The position numbers were made by a program, and so were the translations under genes. Shown piece by piece: positions 1-9,764 of a stretch of 26,165 nt of DNA. Each line of letters starts with the position of its first letter. Within the stretch, counting starts at the first letter, position 1. Source of the stretch: Anthoceros angustus (Eukaryota > Plantae > Anthocerotophyta). The notes beneath the pieces are model-generated. The model saw only the letters and a program-made list of their open reading frames with translations. It made no database searches and was not told where the DNA came from. Where the stretch lies: contig VJWM01000380.1 of assembly GCA_010909165.1 (NCBI GenBank), positions 1 to 26,165 on the forward strand. The letters are read 5' to 3'.

Positions 1-59
1 TTTGGTCTTAGAAGTAGGGACGAAATCGTGTGAACTGGGGTCCCGGGCGCCTGTGGCTC

Positions 60-313
60 CTTGTCACGAGGCAGACCCGCAATTGTTTTGTGTCGTTGTA
101 GGTCGAGGTTGGCGATTTTCAAGGCAAGTGGTGCACTGTGAGAGGGAGAGTAGAGGGCCTTGCTTGTTGAGAAGGCCGAGAGTCAGTAGCGATTGGTGAC
201 CACAAGGCCTCGAACTTTCACACAAGTCTCATGGGACGAAACCCAACGCACGGAAGGATAAGTGGCCGCTTATAGTGGGAGGACCTGGGAGTGCCCTGAT
301 TCTCCCTACCACA
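60..313 (-). repeat. LTR-like repeat, copy 1 (possible 3' LTR start of a minus-strand element)
   Basis: 80-200 aligns with 12445-12590 (caattg..tgtgtcgttgtaggtcgagg..gtggtgca..gagagtag..gccttgcttgttgag). 225-245 (agtctcatgggacgaaacc) recurs at ~3548-3566. On the minus strand a purine run GAAGAAGAAGGG (328-317) precedes TGTGG at 313, resembling PPT plus LTR start. Confidence 0.45.
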
Positions 314-384
314 ACGCCCTTCTTCTTCACCTTGCCACAAGACACCTGGCCTTGCACCCTAGCCTTCCCAAGCACCAACTCACA

Positions 385-729
385 TTATGATTTAAAACGA
401 ATTCTCCTCCAACGTTCCTCACGAGTCCTTACACTTGTGTTCCGATTTGGGAGCTTTTCCTTCACAATTTCCTCGCAAACCTGCCCCACCTTTCCTATCG
501 CTCCCGCAGTTAGGGAGGTGTGGTTTGCCCTGCACCTCGTTTCCCTTCCTCTTTCTCTTTTCTTCTGCACCTCCTCTTGGCCCCGCGCCTTTTCTCCTGG
601 CCCAACTTGCGCCTTCAGCTTAGCATGTGTAGCGCTGTATGGGGCCTTGGGAAGCTTGAGATGTGGTGGCGCCTTCCTGCAGTGGAGAGTTGTCTTGTTG
701 AGTTTTTGAGATATGGCCTCCTGCAGCAC
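385..729 (-). other. Uncharacterised basic TE-associated ORF family ('ORF-X'), copy A, degraded
   Basis: DNA similarity to 4180-4446(-), 8090-8238(-) and 25812-26120(+), e.g. gcaagttgggc..ggagaaaag..gccaagaggaggt. Translations are K/R/E-rich; the true frame is uncertain because of indels. Confidence 0.4.
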
Positions 730-751
730 CGCACACTTTATAAGTCACCCA

Positions 752-1455
752 AGGGTTAGAAAAGTAACTACCATTCTATCTGCCCTTGGATGTGTGCCAC
801 GTGGCCCCTTTCTCACCGATTGATGTTAGTTTCCTAATTCCCTTATACTAAAATACCATTTTTCCCTATTTTCCTAATTTCTATTTGCTGGAAATTAGCC
901 TCTAATTTCTTAATTACCTATCTTGGTCTATTTATCTAGTCCACTAAAAGACCCTATATATAGCAAGCCTATCATGCCTAAAACATAAGCTACTTTCCTT
1001 AGCAACCTATCTCCTACCGTGGTAGGACATCCTCCTACCATAGTAGGCGTTTTTCCTTTTCTCCTACCACGGTAGGAGTTACTCCTACGGCGGTAGGATA
1101 CCTTCCTACCCTCTCCTACCATGGTAGGAACTATTCCTACACTGGTAGGTGATCAAAACACTAGCGGTCATTCTCCTACTGGTGGTAGGATCTCTACCCT
1201 CGTCACCATGGTAGGAGTTTCTTCTATGGTAGGACACCTCCTACCACTCATGTAGGTTACCTTTTCTCCTCACAAGATCGTTTGACCGTTTCTTTTCCCC
1301 GCATCCTCTTTGCCTTCCGACATGGTCCTACAACTCCGCTCAAAAAGGAGCAAAATTTCCTGCATATCTTCACCAAACCATTTCTAGCAAAGAGTGTGGG
1401 CTAGTTTCAAAGCGAACTCATTTAAGCTAGTTGCCCAAACTTTTGCGTTCCACCT
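752..1455 (-). repeat. Gypsy post-pol non-coding module, copy A (CCTA-rich tract, TATA, palindrome array, pol tail)
   Basis: Colinear with 8262-8925 over ~680 bp, partly with 24853-25062, and more distantly with ~1755-2140. Shared landmarks: ttggatgtgtgccacgtggc, ccactaaaagaccctatatatag, cgtttgacc, gcccaaacttttgcgttccac. Confidence 0.85.
1011..1256. repeat. Array of ~10 imperfect palindromes, consensus CTCCTACCATGGTAGGAG (array A)
   Basis: Units read directly at 1011, 1032, 1061, 1082, 1113, 1135, 1173, 1205 (partial), 1224 (partial) and 1238. Arms are conserved; the central bases vary. Confidence 0.9.
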
Positions 1456-2057
1456 CACTCTCCACGTCCTCGTCTCGATTCTTCTCCTCGGGTCTTTAAA
1501 CTCAACCCATAGGGTCTCCTTCCTCCTCGGAGACCTAGCTCCCTTAGCGTGTTTGGTCGTGGTGGCGATGGCGAGGGCGATGACAGCTTTCCTCTCTCTC
1601 CTCCTCTTCCTCTTACGCCCACCTCGTCTCTTGAAAGCGCCGGTCAAGAGGAGTTGGTGTCTAAACTGCACTTTGCCCTCCTTGGATTGCTGCCACCTGG
1701 AGGCTACTCAGCCCTAGATTTGATTCACCTTTCTAAAATACCTACTCCTACCTAAATTGCCTATTTCCCAATCCTATTTGCTACCCCTAATGAATTACCT
1801 TCTAATTAATCCTATTTGTTTATCTCCCTATTGGTGAGCATATATAGTGGATATCTCCCTATCCTAATTTTCCCTTTTAGAGATTTCGTCACATCAGTTC
1901 CGCTCACCGTGGTAGTCTCGCTCTTCGACCCTCACGGGCGTGGCAGCACCATGTAGTACAACCACCACTTCTGACGCATCGCAAAGTCGTTTGACCCGTT
2001 TCTTTTCAGGATGTCCCCCCGCCTTTCTACCCATATCCTCCGGATCAAGGTCTTCAA

Positions 2058-2590
2058 AAATTTAACATATCCTCTTCAACGTTTCGCCAAAAAATCGGTC
2101 GTTCTTCTTGGCTCTTTTGGTCTAGGCCCAAACTTTTGCATTCCACACTGCAGTTGCTCCCTTGTGAATGGTTGCTGTGAAATTGCTTTGCTTTGCGGTG
2201 TGGCGATGCCCAAGGAACTCTTTGGCTTGAGGGTAGACTACAGGAAAGACTCTGGAGGTTCTCGCTATATGGTGCAAACTCATGGCAACTCAAGGAAGAA
2301 CTTGCTTGTATGACAGGAGCTGTGAGGCGAGCTAGGGCGGAGCTTGAAAATTCCCAACATATCCCTCTTCAACCGTTTTACCAAAAATCGGTCGTTCTTT
2401 TGGCTTTTTAATAGCTGCCCAAACTTGCATTCCACACTGCGGAGTTGCTCCCTTGTGAATGGTTCGAAATTGCTTTGCTTTGGGTGTGTGCATGCCCAAG
2501 GAACTCTCGGCTTGAGGGTAGACTAAGGAAAGACTCGGAGGTTCTCGTCTGGTGCAAACTCACAGCAACGAGGAAGAACTTGCTAGCTTG
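2058..2590. repeat. Tandem duplication, two copies with ~290-bp period
   Basis: 2058-2310 and 2347-2590 share aacatatcc..aaaaatcggtcgttct..cattccacactgc..gttgctcccttgtgaatgg..tgcccaaggaactct..ggcttgagggtagacta..ggaaagactc..gaggttctcg..ggtgcaaactca..gaagaacttgc. Confidence 0.9.
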
Positions 2591-2814
2591 CGGACCCATG
2601 CGGTTGTAGCCGTAAAGGAGCTAAACGTGAGCTTAAGTAAGGTTAGGGAGGATGAGAAGTTGAGTTGAGGTGAGTGTTGAGGAGAATGTGGATCGAATGT
2701 TGAGTAGAGGAGTAGGTAGATTAGGAGTGAAGAAGGCCCAAGTCGAGCCTAAGGAGGGTCCCAAGTCTCACCAAACCGGCTGGAAGGGCCAAGGTCTCAA
2801 AATCAGGGGTGGAA

Positions 2815-3175
2815 GTTACCGTAGGGGGTCCCTATGTGCGAGGGCAATGGACCTACTACCGTGGGTGGGACTACGACTAGGATGTCGTAGGTCTAGGAGG
2901 CGGAGATCGATGGAGCGATGCGGAGGTGTCACGGCCGATGGAGTTTTGTGGGCGCAGTTGGTTGGAGCGCGGGGCACGGAAGTTGGAGAGGCCTTGAACT
3001 AGGGCGAGATAACCAATGCTGCGCCATCAGGTGCGACCCTACCGGTGGTAGGATGCGCCCCTGCGTGCGTTGGGGTAGGGTGTCTCCTCCCCATGTAGGA
3101 ATGAGGGTGTGTTGGCCCACCAATGCATTAGATCTCCTACAACTCTCCTACAAGTGGTAGGAGGGGTAGGCCCTA
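2815..3175. repeat. Degenerate CCTAC..GTAGG palindrome cluster (array E)
   Basis: cctaccggtggtagga (~3038), ctcctccccatgtagga (~3084), ctcctacaagtggtaggag (~3145) and weaker units near 2815-2870. Confidence 0.55.
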
Positions 3176-3379
3176 CAATTGTTTGTTGTTGGTTAGAGGT
3201 CCCAGGCGGCACCACCGGAGCAGAATGGAGTTGCTACTCGCCGAGTTGGTGGTTGAGGATGTGCCAATTGTGGGAAGGCGATGGGAAAGGAATAGTGGAA
3301 GATCACGGGGTGGTGAAGCGTTGCAGCGTAGGGGTCCCACGCATGTAGCCCGACCTCTTGCCGTATGGTGTGGACCTAT

Positions 3380-3635
3380 AGTCATAGGGTGTCGTTGTAG
3401 GTTTGGAAGCGGTGATTGGCGAGCGACGGTGAGGCATGGTTGTTGTCTATGGAGTGAGTTGAGGTTGCTCCAGCTGTGTGAAGGAGCTTGGGGGTGTGAA
3501 GAGGTATATGGTTTGTGCCTTAGAATCACGGTGACACGACAAACAAGAGTCTCATGGGACGAAACCTATTGTACTTAGCGGCGATGGGATAAGTGTACTA
3601 GAGGGTGAATCTCGGAAGCCGGGTTTCCTCCCACA
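3380..3635 (-). repeat. LTR-like repeat, copy 2 (diverged)
   Basis: Contains gtgtcgttgtagg (~3389) and agtctcatgggacgaaacc..ggataagtg, shared with 90-270. Confidence 0.4.
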
Positions 3636-3989
3636 CCTCTTGCAGTGGGTCTCCGCTCGCCTGCAATTTCCTTGCTTGATAGGTTCTTGTCTTCTACGCC
3701 TCCGTCTTCAAGAATTCAACTCTCCTCTTGGCATGGCTCCTATGTCTACTTTTGCTGAACATTTCCTCTGCGCAGCATCTCTTCCAACACATCAAGTCTC
3801 CTCCTTGCTCACAGGGAGACTCAAGGCCTTTGCCTTGCTCATGGGATCTTACATCCCTCAACTCCCTATGGCGAGCTCGCTCATCACTCGGTGGGGCAAC
3901 TCCTCACCATGACTCCATCACTTGCCCACCGACGGAGACGGTTTCCTTCTTACCTCCGCTTGGGAGCTTCAAACCATGACTTTTTTTCT

Positions 3990-4165
3990 TCCTACCGTGG
4001 TAGGAGTCCTCCTACCATCGGGGTGCGCCTCCTACCTTGGTAGGACTAGCTCCTACCACGTGAGTTCTCTCATGAGAGAGGTGAAGGATCCCACACTGCA
4101 GGGCACCTCCTACCCGCATAGGTGTGATTCCTACCGTGGTAGGAGTTGCTCCTACCATGGTAGGA
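3990..4165. repeat. Palindrome array D (~7 units of the same CTCCTACC..GGTAGGA motif)
   Basis: Units at 3990, 4009, 4029, 4050, 4107, 4128 and 4149, plus a separate 14-bp palindrome TCTCTCATGAGAGA near 4066. Flanks are not homologous to arrays A/B. Confidence 0.9.
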
Positions 4166-4179
4166 TCCATCCCTCCTTC

Positions 4180-4590
4180 CATATATGAACTCCACGACCC
4201 AAATCTCGGGTCTTCCTGCAACCTCCTCCTGCAAATCCTTCGGAGGGATTCCTTCCAGCAGTAGCATTCCAGATGGTACTTTCTCCTTTTCTTCCTGTAC
4301 CTCCTCTTGGCGTCCTGCTGACTTTTCTCCTCCGTTGCCCAACTTCGTGGAGTGTGGATTCGGTCCGTGTGGACACCGTGAGGTCCACATTCACCCTCAA
4401 TGTCGCTTGTAGGCTTAGGATCTCCCAAGGGAATGGTTTGTGCCAAGAGACGCTAACTTCTATCGCCATCGACCTTCACCTAAGTCAAGACTTACTTGCT
4501 ATTACCCTCTTACCTATCTACTCAACCACTACTACCCGACTCTAGCTACCACACTCTTATTCCACGACCGCAAATCTCATTCCACGATCA
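4180..4590 (-). other. ORF-X family copy D with its upstream region
   Basis: 4380-4580 is the reverse complement homologue of 25675-25885 (ttgagtagatagg; gttagcgtctcttggcacaaaccattcccttggg vs gatagcgtcttttggcacaaaccattcccttggg; gcgacattgagggt). One frame reads MAQTIPLG..AKRRYRKKRRKYHLECYCW. Confidence 0.55.
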
Positions 4591-4930
4591 TGGTGGCTCT
4601 CACCGGTAGTAGTTGCTCGACCACCGAGGTGGGTCCCACACCCAAACCCTAGCGACTTATTTCCGCAAGACGGCGCTGGATCTCGCCACGGCGTCCCACT
4701 GCACGGATCCGCTTTATTCTCGACTCCACACTTCATGCACACACACACACATTCCTCACGCCACACTCACATTACACTTACAAGGAACGCTGTTCCCTTG
4801 ACGCTTCCACCAGGACCGATTTGGTTTCTTTTGGATTCACACAAATCTCCACCGCTAGCCTCTCAATTAGTTCCCTTCTCAACCCTCTCACACCTCGCAC
4901 AGCAAGTGTTTAGTCACTCCTTCACCCAAT

Positions 4931-4950
4931 CTTCTCTCTCTCTCTCTCTC
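4931..4950. repeat. (CT)n microsatellite
   Basis: cttctctctctctctctctc read directly. Confidence 0.8.
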
Positions 4951-5899
4951 AATTCGCACAGCTTCCAACCATCCACTCAACACTTCTCGCAATTCGAACA
5001 CAACTAGCAGTGGACAAGTGTGAAGGAAAGAAGAACCCCAAGGCCACAAGAAGCATGAGCAAGCTCCGACCCGCCCGCGCCAATCCCTTGGTTTCCTCCT
5101 CCTTGTCGCAAGATTGCTTTATCACCCTCCTCCCCAGGAGCAAGCTCTCGACCACCCCTAGGAGCGCCTCGCGACACCGCCTCCAATCGGACGTCCAACC
5201 AGCCACAGCCGTGGGGATCTCAACCAGAATTATCGACGTGAGGGACCTACGCCTCTTATACATCGGCCGGGGCACCGCCCGGATTTTAGGTCCTAAGATG
5301 GCTATCGCGAAGGGCGCCCACAATTCGGGCGATCCTAGGTCGATCACATCTAACCAAATTATCTTTAGGTTGCTACCACCTCGCTGTCTGCGCCCTACCT
5401 CGACTTGGCGTCGGCCTCGTCCTCCATTGCTGCCGAGCTCTCACCCGCGGCTGGTGGACGGGTTCTCCCACACTACTTCCACCTCGCATCCTGCTGGGCG
5501 TCGAATTTGAGGTGTACCTGGGCTTCGCATCTTCCGGCCTATTCTTTGAGGATTATTCGGCTCGTCCACCCAAGCTGGACCTCCTCCTCGCTCAACTCCT
5601 CCAAAGTCGCCTCATAATAGGAGCCAACCCCACACCCGGGCGCGGTAGAAGTATCGCCGGGTCCTCACTTGCAGTGGGTAGGCCACAGTCCCTCCTATTT
5701 CCACACACATGGGCGGTGAGGTTAAGCAGCGTTCTCCATTCACATATAGACCCGGCACATAAGTTTCCTCATCCATGTGCCGTAATATAATAGGACCCCT
5801 GCTGCGGTGAGGTGCTTACCCTCCTCCCGTAGGCTACACAGTTGCAGCCTATGTCCTCGCGGGCGCCACGTCGCACCTGGCCCGCACCCGGGTTGGTTG

Positions 5900-7700
5900 C
5901 GCCAATGTCGGGTTTCGACTACATGAGTGGACTCCACCGTCGTTAGATTCGACCGCAGGTGAGGTTTCGGCTACCTCGGTTCTTCCTTCGGTGGGCCTTC
6001 CGCTACTCGATGGGTCACGCTACCCCTTCCCCTTCCCTTTGTCTTTTACGGCCCGCCACGTGCCTCATCCGCTCCGCTTATATCGCTCGCTAGCTTATGG
6101 GCCTTTTCCCGAGGCCGCTTCACGCTCTGGGCTGCAACAACTCCCCATCTCTGGTTTCGTCTGGGCATCCTTAATTTGAGCCATGAGTGCTTCCTGCGGC
6201 TCGTCATGGCTTGCAACTTCTCACAGGCCACAAATCTTCTTGAATCTTGGCCCTTATTTCCTCTAGGTTCCGCTTGTCTTCCTCCGATTGCGCTTGGCCT
6301 CCTCTTCGTCAAACTGGCCTTCACCACTTCCTCCGTCGCCCCTGAGCGGTGAGAGCTAAAGCGCTTGATCCAACAAATGCTTGGGCCCGGATCATCGGCG
6401 TGGTCGGCTCACCAAGTCCACTTGTTGTGGCCCGCCCAGACGCCATCCCTCTCGAGAACTTTCCTCCCCGGTGCGCACCCTCACCAATTCGGTTGCATCC
6501 ACCTCTGTTGCCGGTGGAGTCCCCTTGAAAATCTCTTCCCATCTTTGAGGAGGGTCCGCCTGAGGTCGACCCTAAACCCTCGTTGATTCATCATCGCATC
6601 CAGTCGAAAAATTGTCCTCGGATCGCGCCTCCTCTTACGCCACCTCCAAGCTGCCGTTTGGCTTTCATTTCATGTGGCGCGTTTTCGACTGGTGGCATCC
6701 ATCTTCACCTTTTTTTGATGCCGCCTTTCACCCCGGTCTTCCTCCTTTTCTTGGGAATTTCCTTCTCCTCCTCCGAACTGTCGCCAAACTCCCGGCTATC
6801 CGATTTTTCCTCCTTGGGCTCCTCCGCCTTCCATTTCACCTCCCTAGCGGCTTCCACATGTGGAGGCTACAATCTCCACCTCTGGCGGGGCAGTTAGCGT
6901 AAACATAAAGATGGACGAAATGGTGAGATTAGAGGCGAGGCGGAGGAAATCAAGTTCAACCTCTCTTCACAACAGCCGAGAAGAGAATTCGCTAATCGAT
7001 CTTCGCCTTGACCACTTCATGGAAGGCGGCAAGTGGTCGGACAAATAATCACGCTTCTTGTCTGCGAAACATAGGAGCCACTGGCGGACCCATCAAGCTG
7101 CATTGCCAAATCCCTCGTCAACGGCCGTTGGGTTCGTATCGCCCGCTTTAACGGGCGGTGCTGCTTCTTTGCCGTGCTTCTTTTCTGGGCGGCTCCATCA
7201 CCAACCCGCCCGCCTCCTCCCTTGCCCATACACCCTCAACGACTCCGGTCCCAATCCTGCGGCGCTCTAAATCCCCGCTTTGTTGTCCTGTGCGCGCACA
7301 CTCACCGTCCAGTTCATGTAATTCCACCGCTCTTCCATGAAACCCGGCTTGACTCCTTCACTCCCAGCTCGAACTTTCCAATGATCCATGTTCGGCCATT
7401 GGGCAAGCACAATTTCGGTGGTGACCTTGGCGCCATCCTCACGGTCTTCACGGTCTCGCGCCACAAACCAACGCCACCTCTGCGAATTTCACGGAGGTCG
7501 GTCTCGAGTTCCTACCTCCTCAGGGCGCCGGCATCTGCCGCGCCTTCCTCCTCTGCGTCGCGCCTGTCGGCGGGGTTGAGCTCCTTCCCGTCGTTGCGCC
7601 TCGCCTCCTGCGATCACGGTGCCCCGGACACGGCTCCTCGACTTCGTCGGCGCCCGCCGTCGTCGCGCTCCCGCTCGCTCCGTCCGGCCGCCGTTGCGCT
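5900..7700 (-). pseudogene. Possible degraded TE accessory ORF of unknown family (charged or coiled-coil-like segments)
   Basis: Protein-like minus-strand fragments broken by frameshifts: PGFMEERWNYMNWTVSVR (~7300), DYLSDHLPPSMKWSRRRSISEFSSRLL..EVELDFLRLASNL (~7050-6925), EEPKEEKSDSREFGDSSEEEKEIPKKRRKTG (~6825-6730), LEEIRAKIQEDL (~6265-6230). No family recognised. Confidence 0.3.
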
Positions 7701-8261
7701 CCGTTGTTTGAGCAGGATTACATCATTCCTAGGGTTAAGTTTCCCGGGTTCCCCTACTCTGTTAGACCTCGACCCTTCCCAATCCACAACCCCACACTCA
7801 TTCGCTACCGGCGTCGGTCGACCCCAACTTATAGACTATCACACTCTAATTATTCCAAACCCCCTATCTCACATATATAGACTTTTTAAACATTCCGAGT
7901 CCATGGGCCAAGGAACACCAAATTCCGGACCATTTATTTTCTAACTTAAAAATCAAAACAAGAAAAGAATCCATAGGCCAAGGGCATTTCTTCTATAAAT
8001 ACCTCGCCTACTACCAACCCGACTTATTTTTCACACCACATCCCAAAAACAAAAAACACTTCGGGCACGTCCCAGGTTTCCAAGTCGGATCGTCGTACAC
8101 TTGCGCCTCCCTCTTGTTGTGACATGGGTGTGTGTCGTAGCGATGGTGTGTGGGGTCTCGAGGCTCGCGATCGGGCGGCACCTTCTGCGGTGGTCGTCTT
8201 CCACTTTCAAAGTTGGCTTCCTGCACACACACATGCAACGGCTTATGTATGACACCTGGGG

Positions 8262-8925
8262 TTAAGAAGGGTAAATCCCACTCCCCTGCACCCTTGGATG
8301 TGTGCCACGTGGCACCCTTCCCACCGTTGATGCTAGTTTCCTATCCCCTTATACCATTTTCCCCTATTTCCCTAATTTCTATTTGCTGAAAATTAGCCTC
8401 TAATTTCCTAATTTCCTATTTTGGCCTATTTATCTAGTCCACTAAAAGACCCTATATATAGCCTATCACCTAAAACATAAGCTACCTTCCTTAGCAACCT
8501 ATCTCCTAGGTAGGACATCCCTCCTACCATGGTAGGCGTTTTCCTCTTCTCCTACCACGGTAGGACTTACTCTGGTAGGATACCTTCCTACCCTCTCCTA
8601 CCATGGTAGGAGCCATTCCGGTAGGTGATCAAAACACTGGGGTCATTCTCCTAAGTGGTAGGATCTCTCCTACCGTCTACCATGGTAGGAGTTTCTCTCC
8701 TGCGTGGTAGGACACCTCCACCGCCATGTAGGTTACCTTTTCTCCCTCCAAAGGTCGTTTTGACCCATTTCTTTTTCCTGCATATCCTCTGCCTTCCCAA
8801 CGGTCCTACAACTCCCGCTCAAAAGGAACAAAAATTTCTTGCATGTCTTCACCAAACCATTTCTAGCAAAAGAATTTGGGCTGTTCAAAACAAACTCATT
8901 TAAAGTTGCCCAAACTTTTGCGTTC
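8262..8925 (-). repeat. Gypsy post-pol non-coding module, copy B, including palindrome array B (8503-8735)
   Basis: Colinear with 752-1455. A perfect 18-bp palindrome CTCCTACCATGGTAGGAG lies at 8595-8612, and CTATATATAG at 8452-8461. It directly follows the integrase stop on the minus strand. Confidence 0.85.
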
Positions 8926-9393
8926 CATACTCCCCTCCTCACTGTTTGCATCCTGCAAACAAGATACCTCTGAAGGTACTTCTTAACCTTCCACCCATTC
9001 ACTCTAGTTGGTAGCAAATCTCCATCCACAACACGTGGTTGCGGATCCATTCTCATACCGCCACCACCTCATAAGGTCCCATCCATCTCAACCTAAGCTT
9101 ACAGGAAGTCCATATAGCGGCTATCATATAGAAGAACCAAATCCCGGCCATGATAGCTTCTTGCTTCCTCAACTTCCCATCATGCCTATCCTTTCTAAGC
9201 TCCACGATTATTTCTTCTAAAGCATCTTCCCTCGTTCCTCTTGCTCTATGAAAGATTCTAGCCACGGCTATCTTCTATCATGTATTCTTCCTCCATGATT
9301 CTATAGGTAGGTACTTCAAATTCCCAGCATCACAGAGACATGCCATATGTTAAATAATGAGAGGTCTTCTTGGTTGTCACTTTCTCGCTCTCC
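8900..9393 (-). pseudogene. pol: Ty3/Gypsy integrase C-terminal part, frameshifted
   Basis: Fragments AEKVTTKKT..YLTYGMS, FEVPTYR, ELRKDRHDGKLRKQE, KLRLRWMGPYEVV and RVNGWKVKKYLQ match the non-chromovirus Gypsy integrase tail (GKL..RW.GP..V; VNG.R/KLK.Y). Closely similar to 25033-25530. Confidence 0.9.
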
Positions 9394-9764
9394 AAATTAT
9401 GATGTTCTCAAGAGAAACTTGCCAATATGGAGTTCATCATCCTTCCTTGTTGCTCTTAGCCTCCATCATCTTTGTGCAATAGTCCGGCCCAAGATATATT
9501 ATTTCCTCGTCCATTTTGTGGGTGGCTTGATTGGACCCACAATGTCTAACTTCTCGAGGTGCCAATAGCGGTGTAAGTGAGAGGCCAATGTGACAAAGTC
9601 GGCCTCCCAACCGATTGGCATGCATCACACAATTCGAACAAAATCCCACATCTCCTGCATCGTAGCCCACCAAAAGCACATCCAAAATCTTCTTCATAGT
9701 AATTTGCATCAATGTCGTATCTCACCCGTTCAACAAATAACGTGGACATGGGAGTCCTTCTCAT
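9394..9764 (-). pseudogene. pol: Ty3/Gypsy integrase N-terminal zinc-binding region and start of core, frameshifted
   Basis: Fragments TMKKILD, CDACQSVGRP..WPLTPLLAP and DYCTK.MEAK..RKDD..IGKFL.ENII correspond to the HHCC region and first core strands. Confidence 0.75.

Noticed and set aside
314-328. Firm LTR/PPT/TSD annotation for a single full-length element spanning 1-12600
   Set aside because: The candidate LTR pieces are only about 75% alike, internal modules are duplicated and inverted, and no TSD is visible. Kept only as low-confidence repeats.
1011-1256. CRISPR-like appearance of palindromic repeats with spacers
   Set aside because: Eukaryotic TE context with no cas genes. Spacers are short, irregular and orthologous between copies A and B rather than independently acquired.
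1394-1717. Hydrophobic plus-strand ORF as an env-like membrane protein
   Set aside because: It is antisense to pol, its hydrophobicity is explained by the pyrimidine-rich strand, and only its first ~20 codons are shared with other module copies.
7174-7944. 256-aa plus-strand ORF
   Set aside because: Low-complexity S/R/P/A sequence expected from GC-rich DNA. The opposite strand looks more protein-like, and no motif is recognised.
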